Assembly: GCA_045643205.1 (NCBI GenBank)
Contig: JAZUKI010000007.1
Location: 1-64,000, forward strand
Direction: 5' to 3'
Source: Clostridia bacterium
GTDB lineage: Bacteria > Bacillota > Clostridia > TANB77 > CAG-508
Length of the DNA stretch: 64,000 bases
Shown here: one piece after another, positions 39,176 to 49,133 of the stretch
How the letters are laid out: the number at the start of each line of letters is the position of its first letter
How positions within the stretch are numbered: position 1 is the stretch's first letter
The notes under the pieces: model-generated
The model's database searches: none
The model's input: the letters and a program-made list of their open reading frames with translations, nothing else
What the model was told of the DNA's origin: nothing
Program-made: the position numbers and the translations under genes

Positions 39176-40642
39176 TTAATATAAATCATTATCTTGTAAA
39201 AACTCACTCTCACACGTTAAATTAACTTTAAGTTCTTTTAGAATTCTTCTATCTCCATCTTCTACTATATATGTTGAATGAGCTTCAGTTCCTCTTAATT
39301 TTTCTAAACATTCAATTGCTTTCTTTATCATTGGGTTTGTAACTGAACATATACTTAATGCCGTTAAAACTTCTGGCAAAGTAAGTCTTGTATCATTATT
39401 TAATTCTTTCTTTAATTTAAACATTGGCTCTAAAAGATTTGGTGATAATAAATCAATATCATCTGGAATCTTACTCAAATATTTTATTGCATTTAAAATT
39501 GTGCTACTTGCTGGAGATAATAAATCAGTTTGTCTTCCTGTAATTATTTTTTTATTAACTTTAATTGCCATAGCTGGGCATTTAGATTTTTCTTTCTTTT
39601 CTAATGCTGGTTTAATAACATCTAAATAATTAACATCAATATTAAGTTCATTCATTAACAACTTAATTTTTTCTACTGTATCTGCATCGCTTTGTCCTAT
39701 TTTATAATTGTTTTGTTCATTATAATATCTTCTAATAATTTCTTTTTTAGCTGCCTCTTCTACAACATCATTATCTATTATGCAATTTCCAACCATGTTT
39801 ACACCCATATCTGTTGGAGAATTATAAACTACTTTACTATTTACTCTTTCAAGTATACTCTTTAATACAGGGAACAATTCAATATCTCTATTATAATTTA
39901 CTGCTGTTTTCTTATATTTTTCAAGATAAAAAGGATCAATCATGTTAACATCTGCAAGATCTGCAGTTGCTGCTTCATATGCTAAGTTAACAGGATGTTT
40001 TAAAGGTAAGTTCCAAACTGGGAATGTTTCAAATTTAGCATATCCTGCTTTTATTCCTCTTAAGTTTTCATGATAAATTTGAGATAGGCATGTTGCTAAT
40101 TTTCCGCTTCCAGGTCCTGGAGCATTTACTATTACTAGAGGTTTAGTTGTTTCAATATAAGGGTTTGCACCATATCCTTCTTCACTAACAATTGTATCTA
40201 CATCTGTTGGATACCCTTTAGTGAATGTATGGCAATAAGTTTTTATTCCATTTCTTTCAAGTCTCTTAATAAATCTATCAACACTTGGTTGTTTATCATA
40301 AAGAGTTACTACTACAGAGTTGACTGTAAAGCCCATTGATTTAGCTTTTTGAATAATGTTTAAAAGTTCTATGTCGTATGTAATTCCATATTCAGCTCTT
40401 GTTTTACTTTTTTCAATGGCACTTGCATTAATACAAAATATTATTTCTAGGTCGTCTTTCAATTCTTTAAACATTGATATTTTAGCATCATTTTTAAATC
40501 CTGGAAGAACTCTTGCTGCGTGAGAATCATTGAATAGTTTTCCACCTACTTCAAGGTATAACTTATCAAACATTTTAATTCTCTTTCTAATATTTTCACT
40601 TTGTATTTTTACATATTTTTGATTGTCGAACCCCTTTTTCAT
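39176..40642 (-). CDS. DUF1846 / UPF0371 family protein
   Basis: GFDN.KY..IQS, KLYLE.GGKL..D.HAARVLPGF, APGPGSGKLATCLSQ, YAKFETFPVWNLPLKHPVN. Confidence 0.9.
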   Translation of the reverse strand: MKKGFDNQKYVKIQSENIRKRIKMFDKLYLEVGGKLFNDSHAARVLPGFKNDAKISMFKELKDDLEIIFCINASAIEKSKTRAEYGITYDIELLNIIQKAKSMGFTVNSVVVTLYDKQPSVDRFIKRLERNGIKTYCHTFTKGYPTDVDTIVSEEGYGANPYIETTKPLVIVNAPGPGSGKLATCLSQIYHENLRGIKAGYAKFETFPVWNLPLKHPVNLAYEAATADLADVNMIDPFYLEKYKKTAVNYNRDIELFPVLKSILERVNSKVVYNSPTDMGVNMVGNCIIDNDVVEEAAKKEIIRRYYNEQNNYKIGQSDADTVEKIKLLMNELNIDVNYLDVIKPALEKKEKSKCPAMAIKVNKKIITGRQTDLLSPASSTILNAIKYLSKIPDDIDLLSPNLLEPMFKLKKELNNDTRLTLPEVLTALSICSVTNPMIKKAIECLEKLRGTEAHSTYIVEDGDRRILKELKVNLTCESEFLQDNDLY

Positions 40643-40770
40643 TTTTAACTAACCTCTTTCTTTTTCTCCTTTACCTCAATTATTTTTATCCTTAGTTTCC
40701 AAAATATTGCTCATATTTTATCGCATTAAATTATATATTTGCTGTTTTTAACTTTCAACAAATTTCTCTT

Positions 40771-40808
40771 AAAAAAAAGGATTCAAAAACCTTCGTTCTT
40801 GAATCCTT
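40771..40808 (-). terminator. Intrinsic terminator after glycosyltransferase cluster
   Basis: aaggattcaa/ttgaatcctt hairpin with A8 run on plus strand. Confidence 0.75.
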
Positions 40809-40954
40809 GTATTAGTTGTTATTCTAGGTATATATCATTTTTGTAATATACCAATATATGGTTATTTCATTTTGTCATATCGTTATTCTATTTTGCTTTT
40901 TGTTATTTCATTTAACCTATAATCATTTTGCTTATGTTTTAACTATTTTTTTGT

Positions 40955-41803
40955 TTATAATTTATAATATTCTTCTAAAACTTTTAGTCTATCAGTGTCT
41001 TTTATTGTTGCTGATTCATAAATAGTTTCTCTGTTTGAGCGTTGATATGATTGCATTAAATTATCATTAACATCTTTAAGAAAATCTTGCGCTTTTGTTT
41101 CGCCTTCATAGTGCCATGGTTTCTTTGTTCCACACCAACTAAAGTGAATTATTGAAACATCCTCAAATTTTAACATATTTTTTCCTGTATAGTAGTCTAA
41201 AAATGGAAAAAACACATTATACTTTGTATCTAAATGTAATTCTTCTTGATTTGGCCAGTCTGTATAGTATTCTTGTAGAACATCTTGGTCTCCACATTTT
41301 TTTCCACTAGCTAATACTGTATTTAATGCTTCTTGGAATTTTTCTACCATTCCTGTTTCTGGTTTTATAACCATTACTCCAGAATTAAGTTTTTTCCAAT
41401 CTTCTTCTATTAGTGGATTTGTTCTTCTATCTATAACTGCTGATACACTTTCTTTCTCAAATAATTCATCTATATTTTTCATAATAAACAAGTCTGAATC
41501 TAGATAAACAATTTTTTCAAATTCTGTTAATTCAAAAATATTTAATTTATCGAATGTGTAATTCCAATGTGCTGAATTGCTATTTTTATTTCTATTTAAT
41601 GCTTCTTCACTTATCTCAATTGACTTTCTTCTAATAACATTTATTCCTTCTGCTTTTAGTTTATTTTCAGTCTCTTCAGAAACAAGGTCTGTTACTAAAA
41701 CAGAGAATGGATATTTTGTGTTAGTTTGTTTCAAATTCTTATAAGTTTTTAATATTGCATCTAAATAGTTTTCAGTTGATAAAACACTAATATAAGATTT
41801 CAT
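40955..41803 (-). CDS. Glycosyltransferase family 8 (glycogenin/galactinol synthase-like)
   Basis: TFDKL.IF.LTEFEKIVYLDSD, NIDELF, NSGVMVI.P, GDQDVL, IIHF....KPW. Confidence 0.88.
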   Translation of the reverse strand: MKSYISVLSTENYLDAILKTYKNLKQTNTKYPFSVLVTDLVSEETENKLKAEGINVIRRKSIEISEEALNRNKNSNSAHWNYTFDKLNIFELTEFEKIVYLDSDLFIMKNIDELFEKESVSAVIDRRTNPLIEEDWKKLNSGVMVIKPETGMVEKFQEALNTVLASGKKCGDQDVLQEYYTDWPNQEELHLDTKYNVFFPFLDYYTGKNMLKFEDVSIIHFSWCGTKKPWHYEGETKAQDFLKDVNDNLMQSYQRSNRETIYESATIKDTDRLKVLEEYYKL

Positions 41804-41863
41804 TATTAATTCCTCTCTTGCTTTAAGTTTTTAAATTATTTTATGCTATATAGTAAAATCAAA

Positions 41864-42976
41864 TTATTCTTTAAAAGTTTCTTCATCAATGCTTTCTTTT
41901 ATCATTAATTCATACATTTGATCATATGGTTTTGACATAGAGTGTCTAATATTTTCAGGCATGTATGTTCTAAGTTCGCCTATAATTTTGCATATTTCAA
42001 TTGATTCTTGATAATTTCCATCAACTATTTTTTGAATTAAAATATTTAATGATTGTTGTACTGCTGGAACTTTTATTTTAGCACTTAATGCATAATACCA
42101 TCTTGTATTTGCAAGAACTTCTAATCTTTCTTCATCATTTAATTGTTTTGAATCAACAAATCTATATAGTAAGTATGTCATGTTTCTAGCATAGAAAAAT
42201 CTAAATAAGTTAACTTGTTTTTTATCTCTGAAAATTTCAAACACTTTTCTATATGCATAGTTCATTCCATCAAAAAATACTTTTGAGCAGTTCCATGAAC
42301 TAGATGTATCAACAAGTTGAACATTTCTTTGTCTATAATAATATGTAATATCATTTATATAAAAAACTCTATCTGTATTTAAAAATGCTTTTAATGAAAA
42401 ATATGTATCTTCGCCTGGAACATTTTCTAAACATCTAATATCGTTTTTATTTACAAATTCTCTGTCGAACATTTTATTACACATAGATGAATTCATTACA
42501 TAAAAAGAATTTCTATAATCATCTTTTTCCAGTTTAAAATTATTGAATTTTTCTAAATCGAATACTGGTTTTTCCCAAGGAGTTCCATCATATTCCATGT
42601 ACTCCCAGTTTGTAATAATGAAATCTGCTTTTTTTTCTTCCATTGCTTTTACCATGATTTCGAAGGCATCTTCTTTAAAGAAATCATCTGCATCAGAAAA
42701 AGTTAAATATTTTCCAGTAGCTAAATCAATTCCTAAATTTCTTGGTTTTCCACCATACCCACTATTAGTATCTAATCTTTTTGCTATAATATTTTCTGGA
42801 TATTTTGCTTGATATTCTGAAGCAATTTCATAACTTTTATCTTCTGAACAGTCATCTACTAAAATTAATTGAATATTTTCTTTAAAACCTATTGTTTGAT
42901 TAATAATATGATCAATACATTCTCTTAAGTATTTATCATCATTGCACATTGGTATAATTGTACTTACTTTAAACAT
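41864..42976 (-). CDS. Glycosyltransferase family 2
   Basis: VS.IIP..N...YL.ECI, ILVDDCSED, PRN.G...ATGKY..F.DADD, GED..F, YYYR.R. Confidence 0.9.
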   Translation of the reverse strand: MFKVSTIIPMCNDDKYLRECIDHIINQTIGFKENIQLILVDDCSEDKSYEIASEYQAKYPENIIAKRLDTNSGYGGKPRNLGIDLATGKYLTFSDADDFFKEDAFEIMVKAMEEKKADFIITNWEYMEYDGTPWEKPVFDLEKFNNFKLEKDDYRNSFYVMNSSMCNKMFDREFVNKNDIRCLENVPGEDTYFSLKAFLNTDRVFYINDITYYYRQRNVQLVDTSSSWNCSKVFFDGMNYAYRKVFEIFRDKKQVNLFRFFYARNMTYLLYRFVDSKQLNDEERLEVLANTRWYYALSAKIKVPAVQQSLNILIQKIVDGNYQESIEICKIIGELRTYMPENIRHSMSKPYDQMYELMIKESIDEETFKE

Positions 42977-43020
42977 TTGTATCTCCTTATAAATAATTTT
43001 TTCCTATTTAAAATCTTGTA

Positions 43021-43929
43021 TTACATTTCTGGTTCTTTAATTGTTTTGCTTTTATCTATTTCAAGATATTCTAGATGTTCAGCTATTAAATCAAAGAACG
43101 TAACTTTGTTTCCATATGGAATAACGCTTTGTAAGTCATCAACTCCTAGATTTTTTAAGAATGCTAAGATATTTAATGATGAAAATACTGCATATATTCT
43201 TAATTGTTTTTCTTCTTCTTCATTTAAAGTTAATCTCTTTAATAGTTCGTCTCCAAATGGTGTTTTATATGTATGAGCTAAAAAGTCTCCATATCCCATT
43301 AATATTGGTGCGCTAATAATTTCACCTGGATCGATAAATTTAATTTCTCCATTTTCAGTAAGCATAATGTTTTTCATGTTTGTATCAATTGGAACAATGC
43401 AATTATCTGCTAATAATTTTTCTCCATATTTTTCATAAATTTTTGAGAAAGCATTATTTACAATTGGATAATCTTTTAAAACATTTTGTGTACTTAGTTG
43501 TCTTGCTGTTATGAATTCTGCGAAACTTTTACTCTCACCATTCATGTTTTTGCCTACTAATCCATAACCTTGTAATTTATGTTTTTCACAAGAAGAATAA
43601 AAATCAATTACAGCTGAAATTACTTTTTCTTTATTTTCTTCTTTCTCTTCCTTAGAAAGTTCGTCAATTGTTGTTCCTTTAAGTTCCTTAAAAATAGTGA
43701 ATTGTGGTTCTTCTGAACTATAAACTGTTTCTTTTAAGTATTTATTATCAATTATTTTGTATAGTTGCATTTCGTGATCAATATGTGATGATCTATTTAA
43801 ATAAAATTTTGCAAATAGTGTCTCACTTGCTTTTGATACTTTATATACTTTATTATTTGTTTCACTAATTAAGTTTATTTCTTCTGCATCGCTTATTGCT
43901 TCTCTTATTAAATTTTCATAATTTTCCAT
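43021..43929 (-). CDS. APH/choline kinase-like phosphotransferase, divergent
   Basis: N.VYKV, AKF, E, GYG, catalytic-loop PIDTNMKNI, FIDPGE; start at MENY behind GGAGAA. Confidence 0.7.
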   Translation of the reverse strand: MENYENLIREAISDAEEINLISETNNKVYKVSKASETLFAKFYLNRSSHIDHEMQLYKIIDNKYLKETVYSSEEPQFTIFKELKGTTIDELSKEEKEENKEKVISAVIDFYSSCEKHKLQGYGLVGKNMNGESKSFAEFITARQLSTQNVLKDYPIVNNAFSKIYEKYGEKLLADNCIVPIDTNMKNIMLTENGEIKFIDPGEIISAPILMGYGDFLAHTYKTPFGDELLKRLTLNEEEEKQLRIYAVFSSLNILAFLKNLGVDDLQSVIPYGNKVTFFDLIAEHLEYLEIDKSKTIKEPEM

Positions 43930-44024
43930 AAGAACTTCTCCATGCATATTTCTTAATTGTTTATTTTAAATATATATTTTTTTTGTTTTTTATCTTTTAA
44001 TATATGTTTTTATTTTTTAATTAT

Positions 44025-44615
44025 TTATTTTTTATTTTCTTCAATGTATCTTTTAATTAAAAATTTAGCAAGAATAACATCTGCATCAGCTAAATCATAA
44101 TCAAGTAATTCTTCTATATTTACCCATTTATAGTCTGAGTGAATTTCTAATTCAAACTTTCCACTTACATAATCGCATTCATAAAGTTTTAAATCAACAA
44201 TTTGTCCTGGATATTCACAAATACTATGAGTTATATAATCATTAATTTTTACTTTCATTTTGAAGATTTCTTTAAATGCTCTCTCTAAAGTTTTGTTTTC
44301 ATCTTCTAATCCATTTCTTCTTCCACCAGGAAATTCCCATCTACCAAGTAAGTGATCATTCTTGTTTCTTCTAGCTATTAAGCATTTTCCATCTTTCATA
44401 ATTAATGCACAAACTACATCTAATATTTTTTTATTAGGTGAAACATTAGTAACTTCAAATGGTATTCCGTTATGTTTTATAACTTGCTTTAAAAACAAAT
44501 TTATAGCAGAACTCATTGATAATCCTAAATCTGTTAAAACTAGAGTTGCATCTTTTTTTACTTCAGAATCAACTTGTATGTTAATTGCACTTGTATCATT
44601 TGCTTTATTTTTCAT
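44025..44615 (-). CDS. RelB/DinJ-type ribbon-helix-helix domain fused to MutT-like Nudix domain
   Basis: INIQVDSEVKKDA..VL..LGLSMSSAINLFLKQVI...GIPF then VVCALI...GK.LIARR, WEFPGG, L..AD. Confidence 0.85.
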   Translation of the reverse strand: MKNKANDTSAINIQVDSEVKKDATLVLTDLGLSMSSAINLFLKQVIKHNGIPFEVTNVSPNKKILDVVCALIMKDGKCLIARRNKNDHLLGRWEFPGGRRNGLEDENKTLERAFKEIFKMKVKINDYITHSICEYPGQIVDLKLYECDYVSGKFELEIHSDYKWVNIEELLDYDLADADVILAKFLIKRYIEENKK

Positions 44616-44647
44616 AATAATACTTCCTTTACAATTCTAAATTTTAT

Positions 44648-44959
44648 TTACAATCCCAAATTTTCTTTAAATCTTTCTTCTGTTTGATAACCCATTGTAG
44701 ATGCTACTTTTTCACCATTTTCAAATACTAAGAATGTTGGTATACTCATAACATCATATTTTTGTGCAATTTCTGGTGCTTCATCCACATTTATTTTGCA
44801 TACTTTTATTTCAGAATTTTCTTCAGCAATTTTATCAACAATTGGAGCCATCATTTTGCATGGGCCACACCAGTCAGCATATAAATCTACTAATACTTTT
44901 TTATCAGCTTTTAATACTTCTGTTTCAAAACTTTCATTATTTACACTTATAACTGCCAT
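44648..44959 (-). CDS. trxA: Thioredoxin
   Basis: ADWCGPCKM, MSIPT. Confidence 0.95.
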   Translation of the reverse strand: MAVISVNNESFETEVLKADKKVLVDLYADWCGPCKMMAPIVDKIAEENSEIKVCKINVDEAPEIAQKYDVMSIPTFLVFENGEKVASTMGYQTEERFKENLGL

Positions 44960-44961
44960 TA

Positions 44962-45606
44962 TTAATCCTCCTTAATTGCTTTTTCAATTTCTTCTTTTGA
45001 AATTATTCCTTCTCTAAAAACTTCTATTTCATCGTTCACTATTTGTATTACTGTTGAGGCAACTCCTATTTTTGCTACTCCACCATCTATAATATAATCA
45101 ACTTTATCATTAAATTCTTTATATGATTTTTCAAAATCAATATTTGCTTCCATTCCTGAAATATTTGTGCTGGTAACAGCCATTGGTTTTCCTACTGCAT
45201 TAATTATCTTTAATGCTGTATCATTTTGAGGCATTCTAACTCCAACATATTCTGTGTTTGCTGTTAAAATGTCAGGAATATTTTTATTCTTTTTAACTAT
45301 TAATGTTAAAGGTCCTGGAAAAAACTTATTTATTATCTTCTTTTCTGTAGAAGATAAATTTTCTGCTACTTTTTCAATCATATCGTAACTACCTACTAGT
45401 AGACTAATTGGTTTATCATATGATCTTTTTTTAGTTGTATAAAGTTTATCAATTGCTGATTTATCAAAACCATTTGTCCCAATTCCATAAACAGTTTCTG
45501 TTGGAAATATAATAATTTTTCCTTCTATTATAGAATTAGCAATTTGTTTTAATGTTTTTTCATCTAACTCTTTCTCGTTATAGCATATACTCATTTTAAA
45601 AAACAC
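44962..45606 (-). CDS. tsaC: L-threonylcarbamoyladenylate synthase (YrdC/Sua5)
   Basis: FPTETVYG, K.R...KP, PGPLT, VGVRMP, TS.NISG. Confidence 0.9.
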   Translation of the reverse strand: MFFKMSICYNEKELDEKTLKQIANSIIEGKIIIFPTETVYGIGTNGFDKSAIDKLYTTKKRSYDKPISLLVGSYDMIEKVAENLSSTEKKIINKFFPGPLTLIVKKNKNIPDILTANTEYVGVRMPQNDTALKIINAVGKPMAVTSTNISGMEANIDFEKSYKEFNDKVDYIIDGGVAKIGVASTVIQIVNDEIEVFREGIISKEEIEKAIKED

Positions 45607-45781
45607 TTCTCATTCTATTATGTATTTGTCTTTGCTCTTTTTCTTTATTTCAAAGAATTTTAAGCGTTTTTATTATATCATTCTTCAATAATTTTAGCAA
45701 TAAATTTAGTGTTTGACTATTTGAAAAATAATAGTTTACTACCTTATTATTTTTTGCTATAATTTTTTTGAGGTTTAACAA

Positions 45782-46627
45782 ATGAAAAATTATTATGATG
45801 AATTAGAAGTTAGTAAAAAAGCTTCTAAAGAAGTAATAGAAAAAGCCTACAGAGTTCTTGCAAAAAAATATCATCCGGATAGCACTAATCTTGATGATAA
45901 GAGCGCATCAGAAGAAAAATTTAAAGCAATTACTGAAGCATACAATACTTTATCTGATGACTTTAAGCGAAAAGAATATGATGAAGAACTAGAAGATGCT
46001 TTTCCTAATATTTCTTATGAAGAATATGAATATGTATTAAATAAAAATAAAGATTTAGAAGATGAGATTGACTATTTACATGAGAAAATAAATGGCAATT
46101 CTTATTCTGGTGATTCGCAAAGTACTGTTAGAAGTTACTATAATAGATTTACAGATTCTTTTGTAAATCCACATTCAAGTAGCCACGGAAGGAACACTGA
46201 AACAAGTCGCACTAGATATTCTGATGGTCAAACTTATGAGAATGATAAAAGTCCTAAACGTACATTTTACTATAGCGATTCTGGAAAACCAGCTTCTGCA
46301 TTTGATTACTATGTTTATAGAATTAAAACTGTTGGTTCTAATTTCTTTTTTGGATTGTTAGTTTTTATTGCATTTTTATTATTAATTAGAGGCATACTAC
46401 TTATAACTTTCAGTGGAAAAAATTCTAATAATACAACTAATGAAGTTCAAAATAATGAAACTCAAAACGCTACAACTAATGATGTACAAGATAATACAAA
46501 TAGCATAAATAATGTAAATATAAACTCTATTTTAACAAACGAAACATTGAATACTCTTAATGATAGTTCTTTTTTGAAAGAGATTTTGAATTATTTAAAT
46601 ACTCCTAGACAAAATGTTTTAAAATAA
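45782..46627 (+). CDS. DnaJ-domain membrane protein
   Basis: NYYD.LEV...AS...[13 protein letters not shown]; C-terminal TM and Asn-rich tail. Confidence 0.85.
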   Translation: MKNYYDELEVSKKASKEVIEKAYRVLAKKYHPDSTNLDDKSASEEKFKAITEAYNTLSDDFKRKEYDEELEDAFPNISYEEYEYVLNKNKDLEDEIDYLHEKINGNSYSGDSQSTVRSYYNRFTDSFVNPHSSSHGRNTETSRTRYSDGQTYENDKSPKRTFYYSDSGKPASAFDYYVYRIKTVGSNFFFGLLVFIAFLLLIRGILLITFSGKNSNNTTNEVQNNETQNATTNDVQDNTNSINNVNINSILTNETLNTLNDSSFLKEILNYLNTPRQNVLK

Positions 46628-46665
46628 AAGACAAGAATTAATAAATATAATTCTTGTCTTTTTGT
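46627..46665. terminator. Bidirectional intrinsic terminator
   Basis: aaagacaagaatta / taattcttgtcttt between convergent genes. Confidence 0.8.
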
Positions 46666-46666
46666 T

Positions 46667-47755
46667 TTATATAAATTTTCTTGGAACTCTTTCTCCAATT
46701 TGACTTATAATTTCATAATTAATAGTGTCGCATTTATTTGATAAATCTTCTAGTTTAATTTCTTTGTTATCCCAAATAATAACTTCATCTCCAACTTTAA
46801 CATCAGGAATATCAGTTACATCAGCCATAAAACTATCCATGCAAACTTTTCCGATTATCTTTGCTCTTTTGCCATTAATTAAAACTTCCCAACCATTTGA
46901 AAAAGTTCTTTTAAATCCATCTGCATATCCAATTGGAATAGTTGCTATCTTTGTTATTCCTTTTGTTTTAAATGATCTACTATATCCAATACTTTCATTT
47001 TCATCTACTTCTTTTAAATAAACAATCTTTGATTTTAAACTTGCAATTGGTTTTAAATCAATTTTATCAAAAGTAGAATCAGAAGCTGCATATCCATATA
47101 GTATGATTCCTGGTCTAACTAAATTAAAATGAGCTTTTGGATAATTTAAAATTCCATTTGATGCAGACGCATGAATATATTTTAGTTCGATATCATTGTT
47201 CTTTGCAATTGAAAGAGCTTTGTTGAATTCACTTATTTGATATTCTGTATATTCTTCATCATAATCTGCTGATGATAAATGTGTGTAAATTCCTTCTATA
47301 TTAAGTACATCTTTATATTTATCAATAAATGATTGTAGGCTTTCTGGTTTTATTCCTGTTCTATTCATTCCTGTTTCAATTTCTAGGTGTACTCTAATTT
47401 TTTGATTTCTTCTTAATACTTCATCTGCAAATTCACTTGAACTAATTCCAACAACAACATTGTTGCTTATTATTTTATCTATTTCTTCAAGTCCCGGTTG
47501 ATTTAAAACAAAAACATCTTTTTCAAATCCGATATTTCTTACTTCAATTGCTTCATCAACTGTTGCAAGAGCTACTATGTTGAATTGTTCTATTAAATCT
47601 AATTGTTTATTTATATGAGTTCCGTATCCATTGGCTTTAATAACTGGCATTAAATCAACTTCTGTTCCTACATATTCTCTGATTTTTTCAACATTGTATT
47701 TAAAATTTTCTTTACTTATTTCCATTACTGTTGGTCTTGTAATTTCCATTTTCAT
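46667..47755 (-). CDS. alr: Alanine racemase
   Basis: VIKANGYG, ETGMNRTG, VRPGIILYG, IGYADG, GKVCMD, TINYEI. Confidence 0.95.
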   Translation of the reverse strand: MKMEITRPTVMEISKENFKYNVEKIREYVGTEVDLMPVIKANGYGTHINKQLDLIEQFNIVALATVDEAIEVRNIGFEKDVFVLNQPGLEEIDKIISNNVVVGISSSEFADEVLRRNQKIRVHLEIETGMNRTGIKPESLQSFIDKYKDVLNIEGIYTHLSSADYDEEYTEYQISEFNKALSIAKNNDIELKYIHASASNGILNYPKAHFNLVRPGIILYGYAASDSTFDKIDLKPIASLKSKIVYLKEVDENESIGYSRSFKTKGITKIATIPIGYADGFKRTFSNGWEVLINGKRAKIIGKVCMDSFMADVTDIPDVKVGDEVIIWDNKEIKLEDLSNKCDTINYEIISQIGERVPRKFI

Positions 47756-47858
47756 TTCTCCATTATCTTATAGTAAAACAATTATATCACCCAATTTTTA
47801 ATCTATCAATAAAACTTTAATAATAAAAAACTGCCGAACTTAAAGTCCGACAGTAGTT

Positions 47859-47933
47859 TGGTTGGGATAGGTAGATTCGAACTACCGCATGCCAGAGTCA
47901 AAGTCTGGTGCCTTACCGCTTGGCTATATCCCA
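47859..47933 (-). tRNA. tRNA-Gln (UUG)
   Basis: TGGGATATAGCCAAGCGGTAAGGCACCAGAC-TTTG-ACTCTGG...GTTCGAATC...CCA. Confidence 0.96.
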
Positions 47934-47952
47934 ATATATGAATTAAAATAAA

Positions 47953-48030
47953 TGGGGTGGAATATGGGACTCGAACCCATGGTCTCCAGTGCCACAAACT
48001 GGCGCGTTAACCAACTACGCTAAATCCACC
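47953..48030 (-). tRNA. tRNA-His (GUG), encoded G-1
   Basis: GGTGGATTTAGCGTAGTTGGTTAACGCGCCAGTTT-GTG-GCACTGG...GGTTCGAGTCC...CCCCA. Confidence 0.96.
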
Positions 48031-48060
48031 ATATATCAAACCATTTTTCAACGCTTTTTT

Positions 48061-48089
48061 ATTGTAAACTATTTTTCTCTTATTGTCAA
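48061..48089 (-). promoter_or_regulatory. sigma-A promoter for tRNA-His/Gln
   Basis: TTGACA-17 nt-TACAAT. Confidence 0.75.
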
Positions 48090-48256
48090 TAAATTTAAAT
48101 TACAATTTATAAGAATTTACTCAATTATTGTTAATTTTACTTGTATAAAACTTATTTAATGCAGACTGCAAAGTCTGCATTAAATATTATTTTATTTTTT
48201 CATATCTCTTAATATATGATTTGCCTTATTTTTTTCACATTTTTTAATATATTATT

Positions 48257-49018
48257 TTAAATGTTAACTAAATCTCTCTTGTCTTTTTCAATTGCCCAGA
48301 TAATTAATCTTCCTTGGACATCATCTGTACATGTTGAAAGTGAGATTTCTCTAGCACCCTTTGTATCTCTATCCCAGTAGCTATTATCTTCTGAACCTGT
48401 TGTGTAAATTTTGTAAACGATATATTCAACTCTATTCTTATCTGTATCAGTAATATAGATTGAATCACCATTCTTTAATTTCTTTAAGTTTGAGAAGAAT
48501 GTTTTGTTTCTATAATTGTGTCCTGCTATAACATTGTTTCCTACTTTGTTTAGCCCTGGTCCATAAATTACGCCTGGTGCAACTTCCATTGAAGCAGCAT
48601 CTGCTCTATCTAATAAAGGATATTTTAAATCAATTATAGGAATTTCAATTGTTCCTAACATTGTAAAGCCTTTGTATGTTGCTACTTTCTTTGATCCGTT
48701 TCCACCTGTAGTATTTCCTGTAATTGATGGATCTACATTAATTAAATTTAAATCAATTTCTGTATTAGTTGCTGAGTTTGTCGCTGGGTTTCCTCCTGAT
48801 GAAGGTCCTATTAAATCTCCTGTATTGATTCCATTACTTAGGAAATTTTCTACTGCAGAATCTGCATCTTTCTTTTCTGAATTTGTCTTAATTGTTTCAA
48901 AAATCCAGAAACCAATTAGTATAGCTATTAAAATAGCTGTGACTATAATAACTACGGTTAAAATTTTGTTAATTTTTTTCTTATCGTTCATATTATTTTG
49001 CGGTGATAGTGATATCAC
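48257..49018 (-). CDS. Sortase (class D-like)
   Basis: N-term TM, G.IEIP.I, VIAGHN, F..L..L..GD, LSTC...R catalytic triad. Confidence 0.88.
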   Translation of the reverse strand: MISLSPQNNMNDKKKINKILTVVIIVTAILIAILIGFWIFETIKTNSEKKDADSAVENFLSNGINTGDLIGPSSGGNPATNSATNTEIDLNLINVDPSITGNTTGGNGSKKVATYKGFTMLGTIEIPIIDLKYPLLDRADAASMEVAPGVIYGPGLNKVGNNVIAGHNYRNKTFFSNLKKLKNGDSIYITDTDKNRVEYIVYKIYTTGSEDNSYWDRDTKGAREISLSTCTDDVQGRLIIWAIEKDKRDLVNI

Positions 49019-49133
49019 CTTCTCCTTTCCAAAATAATTATTTACGGTAGTGTTGAAAACACTATATTTATTGTACTATATTTTCATGTTTTTTTCCATA
49101 GTTTTTAGAAAATTTTACCATTTTTAGGTAATT

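Noticed and set aside
44025-44615. Complete RelBE/DinJ-YafQ toxin-antitoxin module
   Set aside because: No toxin ORF on either side; the antitoxin-like domain is fused to Nudix
34800-44640. Accessory stretch as a prophage or integrative element
   Set aside because: No integrase, transposase, phage or conjugation genes and no flanking att repeats seen
47806-47997. 63 aa minus-strand ORF
   Set aside because: Overlaps tRNA-His and tRNA-Gln; spurious
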